Positions 31,232 to 41,670 of a stretch of 64,000 nucleotides of DNA are shown here, piece by piece. Made by a program: the position numbers and the translations under genes. Under the pieces are notes generated by a model. That model had not been told where the DNA came from and searched no databases. It was given only the letters and a program-made list of their open reading frames with translations. The stretch covers positions 548,090 through 612,089 of the forward strand of contig CAVRNO010000002.1 of NCBI GenBank assembly GCA_963722605.1, given 5' to 3'. This DNA comes from Candidatus Binataceae bacterium. GTDB lineage: Bacteria > Desulfobacterota > Binatia > Binatales > Binataceae. Every line of letters starts with the position of its first letter. The first letter of the stretch is position 1.

Positions 31232-32155
31232 ATGAACCGAAACCGACTCCTGTATGGCGCCGCGGCCCTGCTTCTCATTTGGGTTGGCGGCAACCTCGCG
31301 CTTCATTTCGGCCAGAAGCGCCACAATCGTCTCGACTACAATATCGACCAACTTTTTCCACCCGACAAATCGCCCCCGCCCGGTGAGATTTACGCCTCGA
31401 CGCTGGCCGCGATCATGGACCATGAGCTGCACACCGGCGTCGGCTGGCGTCCCAACGATTTCTTCCTATGGGGCCCGAAAGTCGCGGCGGACAACAACTC
31501 CGATCGGCAGCTCGGAATCATCCAGGCCGTTCGCGAAACCACGCGCATCTTCAAGGATCACCTGACCAAGGTTTCCTCGAATCAGTACGATCCAAATCTT
31601 GTGATCGCCGACACTGACTTTCGCAACGACGCCGAGCGATGGATACTGCCGTCGGCCGAAAGCAAGTACGACGACGGCATCAAGCATCTGCGCCTGTACG
31701 TCGCCGGGCTGCACACCACGCCGCCGTCGTCGCGCGAGCTCAACACCCGGGCGGTAGAGTTAGTCCGGTTGGTCCAAACGTGGACCGATCTGCTTGGCGA
31801 CGCGCACGCGAACCTGTACCGGTCCACAAAGGACGACGGCAGCCCGGTTCATAGCTGGGACTGCGACCATTATTTCTATCACTCGCAAGGTTACGCGCAC
31901 GTGATGTATCACATGATGCAGGCGCTAGAGCGCGAATACGCGGGGCAGCTCAAGGATGACCCGGTTCTCAAGACGCTGTTCGACGAATCGATCGACGCGC
32001 TGGGCAAGGCCGCCGTCCTGAAACCGTTGATCGTCATGAACGGCTCGCCCGACGGACTGTTCGCGAATCATCGCCGCAACCTCGACGCCTACATCACCGA
32101 GGCGCGCCAGAAGATGTACTCGATACGCGAAGAACTGGAACGCTCCCCGCTCTAG
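31232..32155 (+). CDS. hypothetical membrane-anchored protein (possibly DUF2333-like)
   Basis: N-terminal TM helix (LLYGAAALLLIWVGG). The DUF2333 family assignment is a weak guess made from memory, without a search. Confidence 0.4.
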   Translation: MNRNRLLYGAAALLLIWVGGNLALHFGQKRHNRLDYNIDQLFPPDKSPPPGEIYASTLAAIMDHELHTGVGWRPNDFFLWGPKVAADNNSDRQLGIIQAVRETTRIFKDHLTKVSSNQYDPNLVIADTDFRNDAERWILPSAESKYDDGIKHLRLYVAGLHTTPPSSRELNTRAVELVRLVQTWTDLLGDAHANLYRSTKDDGSPVHSWDCDHYFYHSQGYAHVMYHMMQALEREYAGQLKDDPVLKTLFDESIDALGKAAVLKPLIVMNGSPDGLFANHRRNLDAYITEARQKMYSIREELERSPL

Positions 32156-32163
32156 CAGCACCG

Positions 32164-33982
32164 CTACAGCTCGATAAACGGACAGAGCAGCATCACGCCG
32201 CCGCGCACGAGCATTTCGAGCATCGCGGGCGCCCACCGGCTGGGGATGCCCAGCGCGCCGCCGGCGGCGGCGATCGCCCACGGCGTCGAGGCCTCCGCGA
32301 TCCCGGGCCGAAGCTCCAGCCATCTGCGCTCGGCGCGATAGGTCACCAGTTGGTGGCGCTGATGCTCCGGGATATGCGCGCGCGCTCGCGCGATTGCCAC
32401 CGCGGTTGACAGCCCGCCGACTTCGTCGACGAGTCCGCGCTCCTTCGCCGCGAGCCCGCTCCAGATGCGCCCCTTGGCAACGGCTTCAGCCTGATCGGGG
32501 CTGAGGCGGCGGCCTTGCGCGACCTTCGCGGTGAACGCCGAGTACAGATGACCGAGGGTTTCATTGAGTTGTGCAAGCTCGCCGTCGGTCATCGCGCGCG
32601 CCATCGACATCGCATCGCTGACGGGTGCGCTTTTCACGAAATCAAAATGCACGCCGAGCTCGCCGAGCAGGTTGCCCAGATTGAACTTCGCGTACACGAC
32701 GCCGATGGAACCGGTGATCGTCGCCGGTTCCGCCACGATCGCGTCGGCGCCCGCCGCCACGTAATAGCCGCCCGAGCCCGCCACGTCGCCCATCGAGACC
32801 ACGACCGGCTTGCCGCGCCCCTGCGCCTCGCGCACGGCCCGCCACACCAGGTCCGAGCCGACCGCGGAGCCGCCGGGTGAATTCACGCGGAACACTATCG
32901 CGCTTACTCGTTCGTCGCGCGACGCTCGATCGATTTGCGCGGCCGTCGCGACGCCGCTGATGAATTCGCCGGCCGCAGGCGCCTCGCCCGAAATTACCGG
33001 CCCGCTGGCGTGCACCAGTGCGATTCGCGCGCGCCGCCCGCGCTCACGGGCAAACATTGCGTGGCGCCGGTATCGCGCCGCGGTGGTGAACACTTTGCGC
33101 TTGGCGTTGGGATCGAATTCGGCGCGGATGTCTTCGATATAGCCTTCGCGGTCAATCAGGTGATTTTCGACGGCGAACTTGGCGGTGACGAATCCCGCCG
33201 CAACGAGCTCGCGCGCGCGTTGCGCCGTCAGCTTGCGGGCCGCTGCGATCGTCTCGACCAGGATTTTCTCCCAGTCCGCGACGATCGCCTCCATGCTCTC
33301 GCGCACCGCCGGCGACATCGTGTCGCGGCCAAGAGTCTCGGCGGCGCCCTTGTACTCTTTCCATTGCAGGATTTGCGTTTGAATCTTGAGCTTGGCGAGC
33401 GCGTTCTTCAGATAAACGCCGCCCGTCGCCACCCCGAGCATCGTCAGCATCGTGTCAGGATTGGCGACGATTTCCCCCGCTCCTGCCGCGACCAGGTATT
33501 CGCGCAGCCCCGCGCTATCGCCTCGCAGCAGCGCGATCACCCGTTTGCCGCCCGCCTGCGCGGCGCGCAGGAGGCGATGGATTTCGTGTGCGGTGGCCAG
33601 ACCGGCGCCGAGCTCCGCGATCTCGACCACGATCGCGGCGAACGTCGTCATCGACCGCCGCCGACTCAAGCACGTAGCGGAGATGGTCGAGGCTCTGCGC
33701 GCCGCGGCGCATGAGCAGATCGAGCGGCGAGCCGCTCACGTCCTCTTCTATCGGGCCCGCCAGCCGAACCATCACGACCGCGTCACGCGGGATTTGCGCG
33801 GGCCTGACCACGGCAAACCAGAACGCCGCGACCATCGCCGCCGCAATTCCAAGGATCGTGATTCCCGCCTTCCACTCACCGGTCGCGCAGGCAACCGTGC
33901 CGGCGGCGCTCAAAATCGCGACGACAATTGCGAGCCGAACCTCGCGGCTTATCCACAATCGTTCAATAAACGGATTCTTCAT
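32164..33982 (-). CDS. sppA: signal peptide peptidase SppA (67K type, tandem ClpP-like domains), apparent frameshift near 33660
   Basis: The N-terminal TM plus first-domain start is in ORF 33515..33982. The body is in ORF 32164..33669 (FRVNSPGGSAVGSD, VVSMGDVAGSGGYYVA). Confidence 0.75.
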
Positions 33983-34025
33983 CGGTCGCCTTTTTTAATC
34001 GCGCCTAATACACTACCGTTTTTGA

Positions 34026-35096
34026 ATGTCCAAATCTGTCCTCATCGTGATTCTTGCGTTGGCCGCGGCGAGCCTTGCGTCGTGCTCGACTGCGAACGGG
34101 CGCAACTCCACCCCTCCCCCACTTCCCGCCCGTTCGACCACGCTGGAGGTCACCAAGGGCATCAAGGTGCTGACCAACGTCGAGATGCCGGATGGATTCG
34201 AGCCGATCGCCGCGCGTTCCCCCATCTGGCTCCAGCAGGGCGAGGAGATCGGCGTGATCGGGACCCAGGCGGGGCACACGATTATGTATGGTCTGGGAGG
34301 CGCCGCGTGGCGAACCGGGCGGATCCTCGCAGCGGAGACGGGCCCGGCCGCAGCCGAGACGGGAACTATCGCAGATCTCGCCGTGAACCCGAACGGCTTG
34401 ACGCTGGCGACAGCAATGATCGCGCCGGGCGGCAATCGGGTCGATGTGATTATTCGCGATCTGATCGCTACCGGCCCGGGCAACGTGATCGCCAGCTTCA
34501 ACGACCGGTACGATTCCATCTCGATGAGCTGGCTGAACAACGCGACGATTGCGCTTGCGCTACGACGCCATCCCGAACCGCTCGAAGCCGGCGTCAGCGG
34601 GGAGGCAGCCAAGTCCGAACCGGCCGAAGCTAGCGAGCAACCGCCGCCGAACCGCGCGGACGGATTGCAGTTGATCGTCGTGACCGGCGCCGGCTCCGTC
34701 GCACCGCTGAAGTTCTCGTGCCCGATGTCGGCGCTCAGCTGGAGCGTGCACGGCGTTTATGCGGTCGGCCAGGGCGATGCGGGCGCTTATCCGGTCATCC
34801 TCGATCGGCGCAACTCGACCTGCAGCAGATTTCACGTACGCGAGCCGATCCAGGTGCTCGATTGGGACCCGGACGACGAGGGATCGTTCCTGTACGCCGC
34901 GCATGAAGCCTCGGGCGGCACGATTGGCGTGTTCAAGTACAACATCGCGACCGGCGCCGATAATTTGATGGGCGTATCGACCGGCGCGTCCGCGTTCGCG
35001 GGCAGCAGCCATACGATCACGCTGGGCAACCAGAAGCTCACGTTCAAGCGGCGGTCGAGCATCCCGAGGCGCCGATGCTTGCGCAACTCGCAATAG
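34026..35096 (+). CDS. hypothetical lipoprotein
   Basis: Signal peptide plus lipobox (LASCS). No recognised domain. Confidence 0.5.
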   Translation: MSKSVLIVILALAAASLASCSTANGRNSTPPPLPARSTTLEVTKGIKVLTNVEMPDGFEPIAARSPIWLQQGEEIGVIGTQAGHTIMYGLGGAAWRTGRILAAETGPAAAETGTIADLAVNPNGLTLATAMIAPGGNRVDVIIRDLIATGPGNVIASFNDRYDSISMSWLNNATIALALRRHPEPLEAGVSGEAAKSEPAEASEQPPPNRADGLQLIVVTGAGSVAPLKFSCPMSALSWSVHGVYAVGQGDAGAYPVILDRRNSTCSRFHVREPIQVLDWDPDDEGSFLYAAHEASGGTIGVFKYNIATGADNLMGVSTGASAFAGSSHTITLGNQKLTFKRRSSIPRRRCLRNSQ

Positions 35097-35123
35097 CGCG
35101 ACCCGAACAAAGCGCGGTCGATC

Positions 35124-35414
35124 ATGAAGCCGCTTGGCTTCAACAGTGAGCCGCAGATGTTCGCGCAGAGCACGATGGAGTATTCGAGGAGCGCCAGCGA
35201 GGTCGCGATACAGACCTATGCGCCGAGCCTGCCGATCCCGTGGCGAAAAATCGTCACCTATTCGCTGAAATACGACAGCGCGTTTATCCTGGCCCAGGGT
35301 CCGGCGCGCGGCACCGTCACGATGAGCTGGTCGCCGAGGGGCCGATGGCTGGTGTTTTTGGACGGCGACGCGACGGCGGGCACGGTGATGACGGTGCTAA
35401 CTCCGCCCCGGTAG
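35124..35414 (+). CDS. hypothetical protein (96 aa), possibly co-transcribed with the lipoprotein
   Basis: ORF with an in-frame stop just upstream, so it is not a simple frameshift continuation. No family recognised. Confidence 0.3.
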   Translation: MKPLGFNSEPQMFAQSTMEYSRSASEVAIQTYAPSLPIPWRKIVTYSLKYDSAFILAQGPARGTVTMSWSPRGRWLVFLDGDATAGTVMTVLTPPR

Positions 35415-35448
35415 TTTTTCCACGCCGCCTCGGTCGTGCGCTCCGGGG

Positions 35449-35706
35449 TTATCTATAAACCTCGCGGCGGTGAGCGACGCGGACTACCAATACGACCAGG
35501 ACCTGGTCCCGGATCTGATAAACGATTCGATAATCGCCGGCGCGAATGCGCCACAGGTCGTGCGGCCCCTTGAGCTTCTTTGCGCCAGCCGGACGCGGCT
35601 CGCCTGCGAGCGCGTCGATGCGCGGGCGCAACTTGAGCTGAATTTCGCGCGCGAGTTTGCGGAACTCGCGCTCCGCGCCCGGCGAGAACTCGACCGCATA
35701 GGCCAT
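35449..35706 (-). CDS. relE: type II toxin-antitoxin system RelE/ParE family toxin
   Basis: RelE/ParE-like sequence (LWRIRAGDYRIVYQIRDQVLVVLVVRVAHRREVYR). Confidence 0.8.
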   Translation of the reverse strand: MAYAVEFSPGAEREFRKLAREIQLKLRPRIDALAGEPRPAGAKKLKGPHDLWRIRAGDYRIVYQIRDQVLVVLVVRVAHRREVYR

Positions 35707-35713
35707 CGCGTTG

Positions 35714-35995
35714 TCAGGTGAGGCCGAGTTCCTTTTTTATCCGCGGCCACGGAGTCGTTCCCTTGCGTTTGACCTCGCGGATCGCCGCCCGGGCCGCCTT
35801 CAAGTCGTCGCGGTCCTCCATCTCTTCAAGCAGCGCGATATCCTCGATCGGCACTACCGCCGCCAGCGGCCGGCTGCGGCGGGTCAGCAGAATCCGGTCC
35901 TTGCCGTAAGCAACGCGGTTGATAAGGTCGGCGAAGTGCTGGCGCGCCGCAACCGTAGTGATCGCTTCACTGGAGGATTTTTTCCTGGCTGGCAT
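35714..35995 (-). CDS. phd: type II toxin-antitoxin system Phd/YefM family antitoxin
   Basis: Phd/YefM-like N-terminus (ITTVAARQHFADLINRVAYGKDRILLTRRSRPLAAVVPIEDIALLEE). It is immediately upstream of the toxin with an 8 bp gap. Confidence 0.75.
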   Translation of the reverse strand: MPARKKSSSEAITTVAARQHFADLINRVAYGKDRILLTRRSRPLAAVVPIEDIALLEEMEDRDDLKAARAAIREVKRKGTTPWPRIKKELGLT

Positions 35996-36088
35996 CGGCG
36001 AATTTGCTCCTGTCGCTGAAACTGGCTCAATTGTACATTTGCGCTATTATGTACACTAGGCCCCAGAAAGCTTTGCGGTTGGCGCTCG

Positions 36089-38300
36089 TTAGCTGCCCAA
36101 CTGGGCGCGATTGCTCCAATAGTCGGCCGCGGTCCGGAATGCCGCGGCGGCGCGCTCGAAACTGTCGAACACGACCAGGCCGCGCGCGCGCGCAAGCTCC
36201 TTGCCCCGCGCCACGATCGCCTCGAGGTGGGCCGGATGCATCACGACCGCAAACGGCCTGGCCGAGCGTCCGGCAAAATCGGCCAGCTTGTCGAGCAGGC
36301 CGGTGAGTTCATGCTGGTGCGTGGCCCATCGCGACGCGCGCAGGCCGGTGCCAATCTCCAGCACGACTGCGTCGATCACCGGATCGCGTTCGAGGATATC
36401 GAGCATGCGATCGAGATTGCCCGGATCGTGCCCGAAGCCGATGGTGCCGCCGGCGTCGAGCGGATTGCGGTAGCTGCCGCCGATTATGTTGAAGAACGTC
36501 TTCAGCTCGTCGTAGGAGGACTCCGATAGCGCGGGAATCTCGAGCCCCGCGGCGGCAAAGGTGTCGGTGATTACCACCGATTGGCCGCCGGTCATCGCGA
36601 CGAGCCCCATCCGCCTGCCGCTGAGGCGCTTGGCGCGGGCGAACAGCTCGACCGCATCCAGCATCGCGTCAAGGCTCGCCACTTCGACCGCGCCGCTTTG
36701 GCGCACGACGGTGCGCCAGGTCGCCTGGGGAGTCGCGAGCGATCCGGTGTGGGAAAGCGTCGCGCGCGCGCCCGCCTCGGTCACCCCGCCCTTCCAGATG
36801 ACCACGGGATGACGCTCGGCGGCGTGGCGAACGCTGTCGAAGAAGCGCCGCCCGTCGCGCACGCCTTCGATATACATCCCGATGACGGTGGTCGCCGGGT
36901 CGGCCGCCATCAAGTCGATATAGTCGGCGGCCTCGAGCACCAGCGCGTTGCCGATCGAGGCGGCCTTGTTGACTTTGATTCCGCGGGTTGGCGCCTGGAG
37001 GCAGAAGTTGATCGTGTGGGTGCCGCTTTGCGAGATGAAGCAGACGTCGCCGGCGTCGCCGACTTTTTCCTCGGGAAAATTGCACAGTCCGGCCGCCGGG
37101 CTGTACAGGCCCATGCAATTGGGGCCGACCAGGGCGATTTCCGAGTTGATCGCGATTTCGCGAAGCTCGGCTTCGAGCCGGATTCCGGGCTGCTCGGAGG
37201 TCTCGGAAAATCCCGAGGTAAAGAATCCGATCGAGGCGACGTGATTGGCGACGCAATCCTTCAAAATTCGCGGCGCGATCTGCCGCGGGACGGCGCTGAC
37301 GGCGTAGTCGATTGGCTCGGTGATTTCCGCCAGGCTCTTGCGATTGTCCACGCCCATCGCTTCGATTCCGGCAATCTCGCCCGGATCGATTTGGACCGAG
37401 TAGAGCTTGCCCTTGAGATGCGCCATCGAGCGCAGCCACATGTAGCCGTTCATGAGTTTGTCGCCGATGACGACAACCGCGCGCGGGTTGAAGGCTCCTT
37501 TAAGATTTTTGAGCCGCGCCGCACGATGGGGGTCCGGCTGCGGCGTCTCGCCGGCGGAGACGGCGAGCACGATTCGCGCGTCGAGGATGGCGAGACCGTC
37601 CTCGTACGCGACGACCGGATTGAGATCCATCTCGGAGATTTCCGGATGGGTCGCGGCGATTCCCGAGACGGTCTGGAGGAGCGAGACGATCGCGTCGATA
37701 TCGGCGCCGGGCTGACCGCGGACGCCGCGGAAAATCTGAGCGCCGCGCAGCCGCGCCAGCATCGAGGCCGCCTCGCGCCCGCCAATCGGCGCGAGCGCCA
37801 GCGTGGTATCGTTCATCACTTCGACCAGCACGCCGCCCAGCCCCACCATCACCATCGCGCCGAATCGATCGTCGCGGTAGGTCCCTGCCAGAATCTCGAC
37901 ACCCGGCTTCGCCATCGGCTGCACGGCAACGCCCTCGAAGCGCGCGCCGCCGGCGCGCGCCGCAAGGTTGCGCGCGATGCGCTCGAACGCATCGCGCACC
38001 GCGCCCTCGCTGTCGAGATTCAGCTCGACGCCGCCGACCTCGGTCTTGTGACTCACATCCGGCGACAGCACTTTCAGCACCACCGGGAATCCGATGCGCG
38101 ACGCCGCCCGCGCGGCGTCGTCCGCAGTTGAAGCGGCTTCGGGCACTACCACGGGCAGGCCGAGCGAATGCAATATTCGCTTGCTCTCGATTTCCGTAAG
38201 CACGGTTCGTCCGCTGGAACGAACCGACGATATCAGCGAGGAAACGATGGGTTCAGTCACGCTTGTGGCGTATAGCAGAGCCGAGGAACTATTTGAACCG
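36089..38300 (-). CDS. ADP-forming acyl-CoA synthetase family protein (ATP-grasp + CoA-binding + CoA-ligase domains)
   Basis: ATP-grasp segment (ILHSLGLPVVVP...GFPVVLKVLSPDVSHKTEVGGVELNL). It is followed by a CoA-binding N-cap (FNPRAVVVIGDKLMNGY) and a CoA-ligase/flavodoxin-like region. The true start is uncertain within 38250..38440. Confidence 0.7.
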
Positions 38301-38526
38301 CCGGGGACACCAGCATGGTGCATGCGCCGCCCGGCGGGCTTCGGAGCAGACTCGACTCCGCGCGGCCTCAGTGAAGTCGAAGTGTTTTGCGTAGAGAAAG
38401 ATCCGGGATTCTTCGCGTCGCTCAGAATGACACAAAACAAGAGCGCGCCAGCGCGTATCGCTGCAGCACCGGCATCCGGCTATGCAGAGCGCTCCCTTTA
38501 GGGGAACCGATAGCTGCGCGAACTTT

Positions 38527-39966
38527 CTATTTTGAGAGGCGCAGGAGAATCTTCGACGCGATAATCTGGAACACCGAGTTTAGCTGCGCAGAGGTGGCCG
38601 CAAACACCGCCTGTCCCTGCGGCAGGCTGGGACTGAAGATGGGGCTGGCGGGATCGTTGGCGACCTCCTGGAGGAATTGCTCGGCGGTCGGCTGGCCGGT
38701 GATCGCGCTTCCCATTCCGATCGAGTAAACATAGACATTCTGGGCCAGCAAGCCGGTAACGCCGGCGGTGGACACCTGGACCGAGCGATACATTGCCTCG
38801 CTGTATTGCGATGAGGTGCCGCCACAATAGTTGATATTGCTAAGCGACTCGCTCGCGCCGATATACAGATCCGGAAAAGTCGTCGGGAAAGGCAGCTTCG
38901 TAGATCCCGTAGATCCGCAGTAGGACGATGGTGCGCTACAGCTACCGCTTGCGGTGCAGGTAGTGGGATCAAAGAAACAAACAGGCTGGCTGCTATTTGT
39001 GGCGCATGGCGTGTTCCTGCACAAACCCAGAGCTTCATCGCCCACATCGCAGCCGCAGTATATGAGGTTGGTTTTGTTCGAACCCGCAGGACAGCCTGCG
39101 CTGGTACGCGTAGAGCCGGAACAAAGCAGGCAATCCTGGATTACATTTGGCCAGCCGTCGGTGAAAAATACCAACACCTTCAGCACGTTCTGGCCCGCCG
39201 GCACCAGCGCGAACTGGTTGGCGATCTGAGTCTGTCCGGCCAGCAATCCCGCTTGTGAGTTAGTGAAGTTGGTTGGCCAGCTTATTGAGGAGACCGCATT
39301 GTCAACCGGAGTCTTGAGGGGCTGCGTCATGGCAAGATTGACATGTGAGGATGTTCCAAAAGTGACCACCGAGGCGTAATCGACCGTATCGTTGTTGTCG
39401 GGGTCGAAGTCAGCGATGAAGTTTTCGACGGCGGGCGCGAGCGCCGCCTCTCCGCCATTGGATCCCATGGAAGACGATATGTCGAGCACCAGCGCCATTA
39501 TCATCGGATTGCGCATGGCCGTGGCGCTTTCCGTGATGCTCAACGTCTTGTAGTTGGATCCCAGCACGCCGAGGAAGTAAGTGGGGAGCGCGGCGGTGGC
39601 GGTGACGGTGACCAGCTTGTTGTTGTTGGCGTCTGTGCTGAAGTTCACGACGGCCCCCGAAGTAACCCCGAGGCCGGGCAGTGATTTATAGTTGACGGTG
39701 AACACCGTCTGCGCGACCGTCGTAGCCGTAGCCGTCCCCTCGTTAAAGTTGCGCATCGCCGCAAGTGCGGCAGCATCCACCGATTTGGAGAGGGTCGTCT
39801 TGGTGAGGTAGGCCATGCCAAAGTCGATCGAGAGCCCGATGAACATGATCAGGACAGGAATGGCGAGAGCGAGCACATAAAAAATTTGCCCACGCTCATT
39901 TTTTCTAATTTTCCCTTGATCCAAGAGATTCACCTCATCCTTGTCCCTAAAAATATGTGTAGTCAT
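38527..39966 (-). CDS. TadG-like pilus-associated protein with von Willebrand factor A domain and Cys-rich insert
   Basis: Pseudopilin-like N-terminus (ERGQIFYVLALAIPVLIMFIGLSIDFG). vWA MIDAS motif (VLDISSSMG). A ~70 aa segment holds 16 Cys. GC is lower than the background. Confidence 0.7.
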   Translation of the reverse strand: MTTHIFRDKDEVNLLDQGKIRKNERGQIFYVLALAIPVLIMFIGLSIDFGMAYLTKTTLSKSVDAAALAAMRNFNEGTATATTVAQTVFTVNYKSLPGLGVTSGAVVNFSTDANNNKLVTVTATAALPTYFLGVLGSNYKTLSITESATAMRNPMIMALVLDISSSMGSNGGEAALAPAVENFIADFDPDNNDTVDYASVVTFGTSSHVNLAMTQPLKTPVDNAVSSISWPTNFTNSQAGLLAGQTQIANQFALVPAGQNVLKVLVFFTDGWPNVIQDCLLCSGSTRTSAGCPAGSNKTNLIYCGCDVGDEALGLCRNTPCATNSSQPVCFFDPTTCTASGSCSAPSSYCGSTGSTKLPFPTTFPDLYIGASESLSNINYCGGTSSQYSEAMYRSVQVSTAGVTGLLAQNVYVYSIGMGSAITGQPTAEQFLQEVANDPASPIFSPSLPQGQAVFAATSAQLNSVFQIIASKILLRLSK

Positions 39967-40532
39967 ACAGCATCGAGGGCAAAGCGATCCCGGCGCCTTT
40001 GCTCGGCCAGTTCTGGGTCAGTGTCAGAAGCGGCGTGAGCGGCGTGTATTGGTAGTAATATCTCCGTAACGTACGTGGACTGACTCGCCTGGAGTGTGCC
40101 CGGGGTGAACGCAGCCGGCATAGTGGCCGTATTTTTCGCTCCCGTCGCCGTCGAGTACGTCCCTACCCTGCTTGCTGCCGCAACCCCCCCCGACGATGCC
40201 TGGCCGGTCATCGTGTAGGTTGGGCTTGCGGTGGTGCCCGTGTTGGTGACTTGCGTAATGATTACTTCGCCGGATTTGGCTATATTCAGGCCGGATTCAC
40301 CGGCTATCACGGCTGCCACCGCATTTGGCAAAGTGTCATTGCGTGAGGCCAGATTCGAGCCTTGCCGGGTCAGCTCGGCCATCACCTGCAGCGTGTACAG
40401 CGCGCGGCCGAAGTCGATCGAAGCGGTCACGAGTATGAGGAGCAGGGGCACTATAAGCGCAAACTCCGTCATCGCCTGGCCTGACCCGTTGGCTGTGAGC
40501 CTTTTCCGCGCTGAGCGATAAAACAGTGACAT
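39963..40532 (-). CDS. TadE/TadF-like minor pilin
   Basis: TadE N-terminal domain (GQAMTEFALIVPLLLILVTASIDFGRALY), Thr/Ser-rich C-terminus. Confidence 0.7.
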   Translation of the reverse strand: MSLFYRSARKRLTANGSGQAMTEFALIVPLLLILVTASIDFGRALYTLQVMAELTRQGSNLASRNDTLPNAVAAVIAGESGLNIAKSGEVIITQVTNTGTTASPTYTMTGQASSGGVAAASRVGTYSTATGAKNTATMPAAFTPGTLQASQSTYVTEILLPIHAAHAASDTDPELAEQRRRDRFALDAV

Positions 40533-40544
40533 ATTCTCTATCCC

Positions 40545-41126
40545 CTAGTCGGTCTGGGATGGATTAAACGGCTCGTTGACGAAGGTGGTGCTCGAGGTGA
40601 AGGTGAAAACGCCCCCGGTAAAAAGCTTTGAAAGGCCCGGCGTCATCAACGGCAAGGTGGAGGTGAGCGAGATCGTGACGGTGTAGCCCGGCCCCCCCGC
40701 CGCGCCAATAGTGCCACTTGGGTTCGCAGGGTTGTAGCACGAGGCTGTCACTGAGGCGGGTGGAGTACTGCAAATTGAAACGTTCGAGGCGTTCACGCCG
40801 GGTATGGCGATTTCGTTTTGAATCTGTTGAATGATCGACAATATGCGGTTCCCGCTACCGGTTTCCTGCCCGGTGGACGCATACCGTCCTCCATCATCCA
40901 CCGCCTGCTGCACGTTGAGTTGCGCAAACATGAGCCAACCGAAGTCCATGACCGCAAAGAGCAGGAAAAGGAACAATCCCAACACCATGGCGTATTCCAC
41001 CATGGTCTGACCCTTCGCCAATCCGAACATCGACGCTCCCCGCTTAAGGGGCGCCATCCGGCCAGTCTTGTCCAGCGTGCGGCCGCTAAGCTTACCCATG
41101 CGCTCCCCCAGCGTCAGCATCGGCAC
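40545..41126 (-). CDS. TadE/TadF-like minor pilin
   Basis: TadE N-terminal domain (GQTMVEYAMVLGLFLFLLFAVMDFGWLMF). The start is possibly the internal MFGLAKGQ (~41030). Confidence 0.7.
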   Translation of the reverse strand: MPMLTLGERMGKLSGRTLDKTGRMAPLKRGASMFGLAKGQTMVEYAMVLGLFLFLLFAVMDFGWLMFAQLNVQQAVDDGGRYASTGQETGSGNRILSIIQQIQNEIAIPGVNASNVSICSTPPASVTASCYNPANPSGTIGAAGGPGYTVTISLTSTLPLMTPGLSKLFTGGVFTFTSSTTFVNEPFNPSQTD

Positions 41127-41193
41127 GCATCGGCTGTGCCAGCCGAAATGTCTTTATTTTTAGGCCCTTTTTGCCGGAAATTACTGCGAGTTA

Positions 41194-41227
41194 GCGCCGT
41201 TGCTACGCCGAGACGTAGCAACGGCGC
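41194..41227 (-). terminator. perfect 14 bp stem hairpin between flp and downstream tadE-like genes (attenuator/terminator candidate)
   Basis: GCGCCGTTGCTACG - CCGAGA - CGTAGCAACGGCGC, read from the sequence. No U-tract. A second 10 bp hairpin at 41347..41376 (GGGCTGAGCG/CGCTCAGCCC) lies right after the flp stop. Confidence 0.4.
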
Positions 41228-41397
41228 GACATTCCCGCCAGCTTTAATGCAAGGATGAAGGGCTGTCATGTGCGCTACCCCATGCTTTATACATCTCCGG
41301 CAGGCGAAACGGTAGCTGCGCCCAATATACATTCGCGCCGATCCGGGGGCTGAGCGTCACCCTGTCCGCTCAGCCCTGATCCGGCCGGCACACGCCA

Positions 41398-41568
41398 TTA
41401 GAGTTGGCTGTCCACGCTGTTCAGCACGCTCTTGATGGTCGTACCCATCGTCTGATAGCCGGCAAAGACAACGACCGCAACCGCCGCGAGAATCAGCGCG
41501 TATTCAGTCATCGTCTGGCCCCGGGCAAATTCGTCGGCCTTCACATACAGTTTCCTGATCAGATCCAT
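41398..41568 (-). CDS. flp: Flp family type IVb pilin
   Basis: MDLIRKLYVKADEFARG leader, G/QTMTEY prepilin motif, hydrophobic helix, ~56 aa mature length. It lies inside the longer 90 aa ORF. Confidence 0.75.
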   Translation of the reverse strand: MDLIRKLYVKADEFARGQTMTEYALILAAVAVVVFAGYQTMGTTIKSVLNSVDSQL

Positions 41569-41670
41569 TTTGGTGTCTCTCCGTCCGTTTATTTCGTTCA
41601 AACGACCATCCGCGGGAATAGAAATCCCCGCGCCCTCTGAAAGCTTACTCATTGTAGAAAAACTGCTCAT

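Noticed and set aside
35124-35414. Possibility that ORF 35124 is a frameshifted continuation of the lipoprotein 34026..35096.
   Set aside because: An in-frame TAG at 35094..35096 lies in the ORF 35124 frame just upstream, so a simple 1 bp indel does not join them. I kept it as a separate low-confidence ORF.
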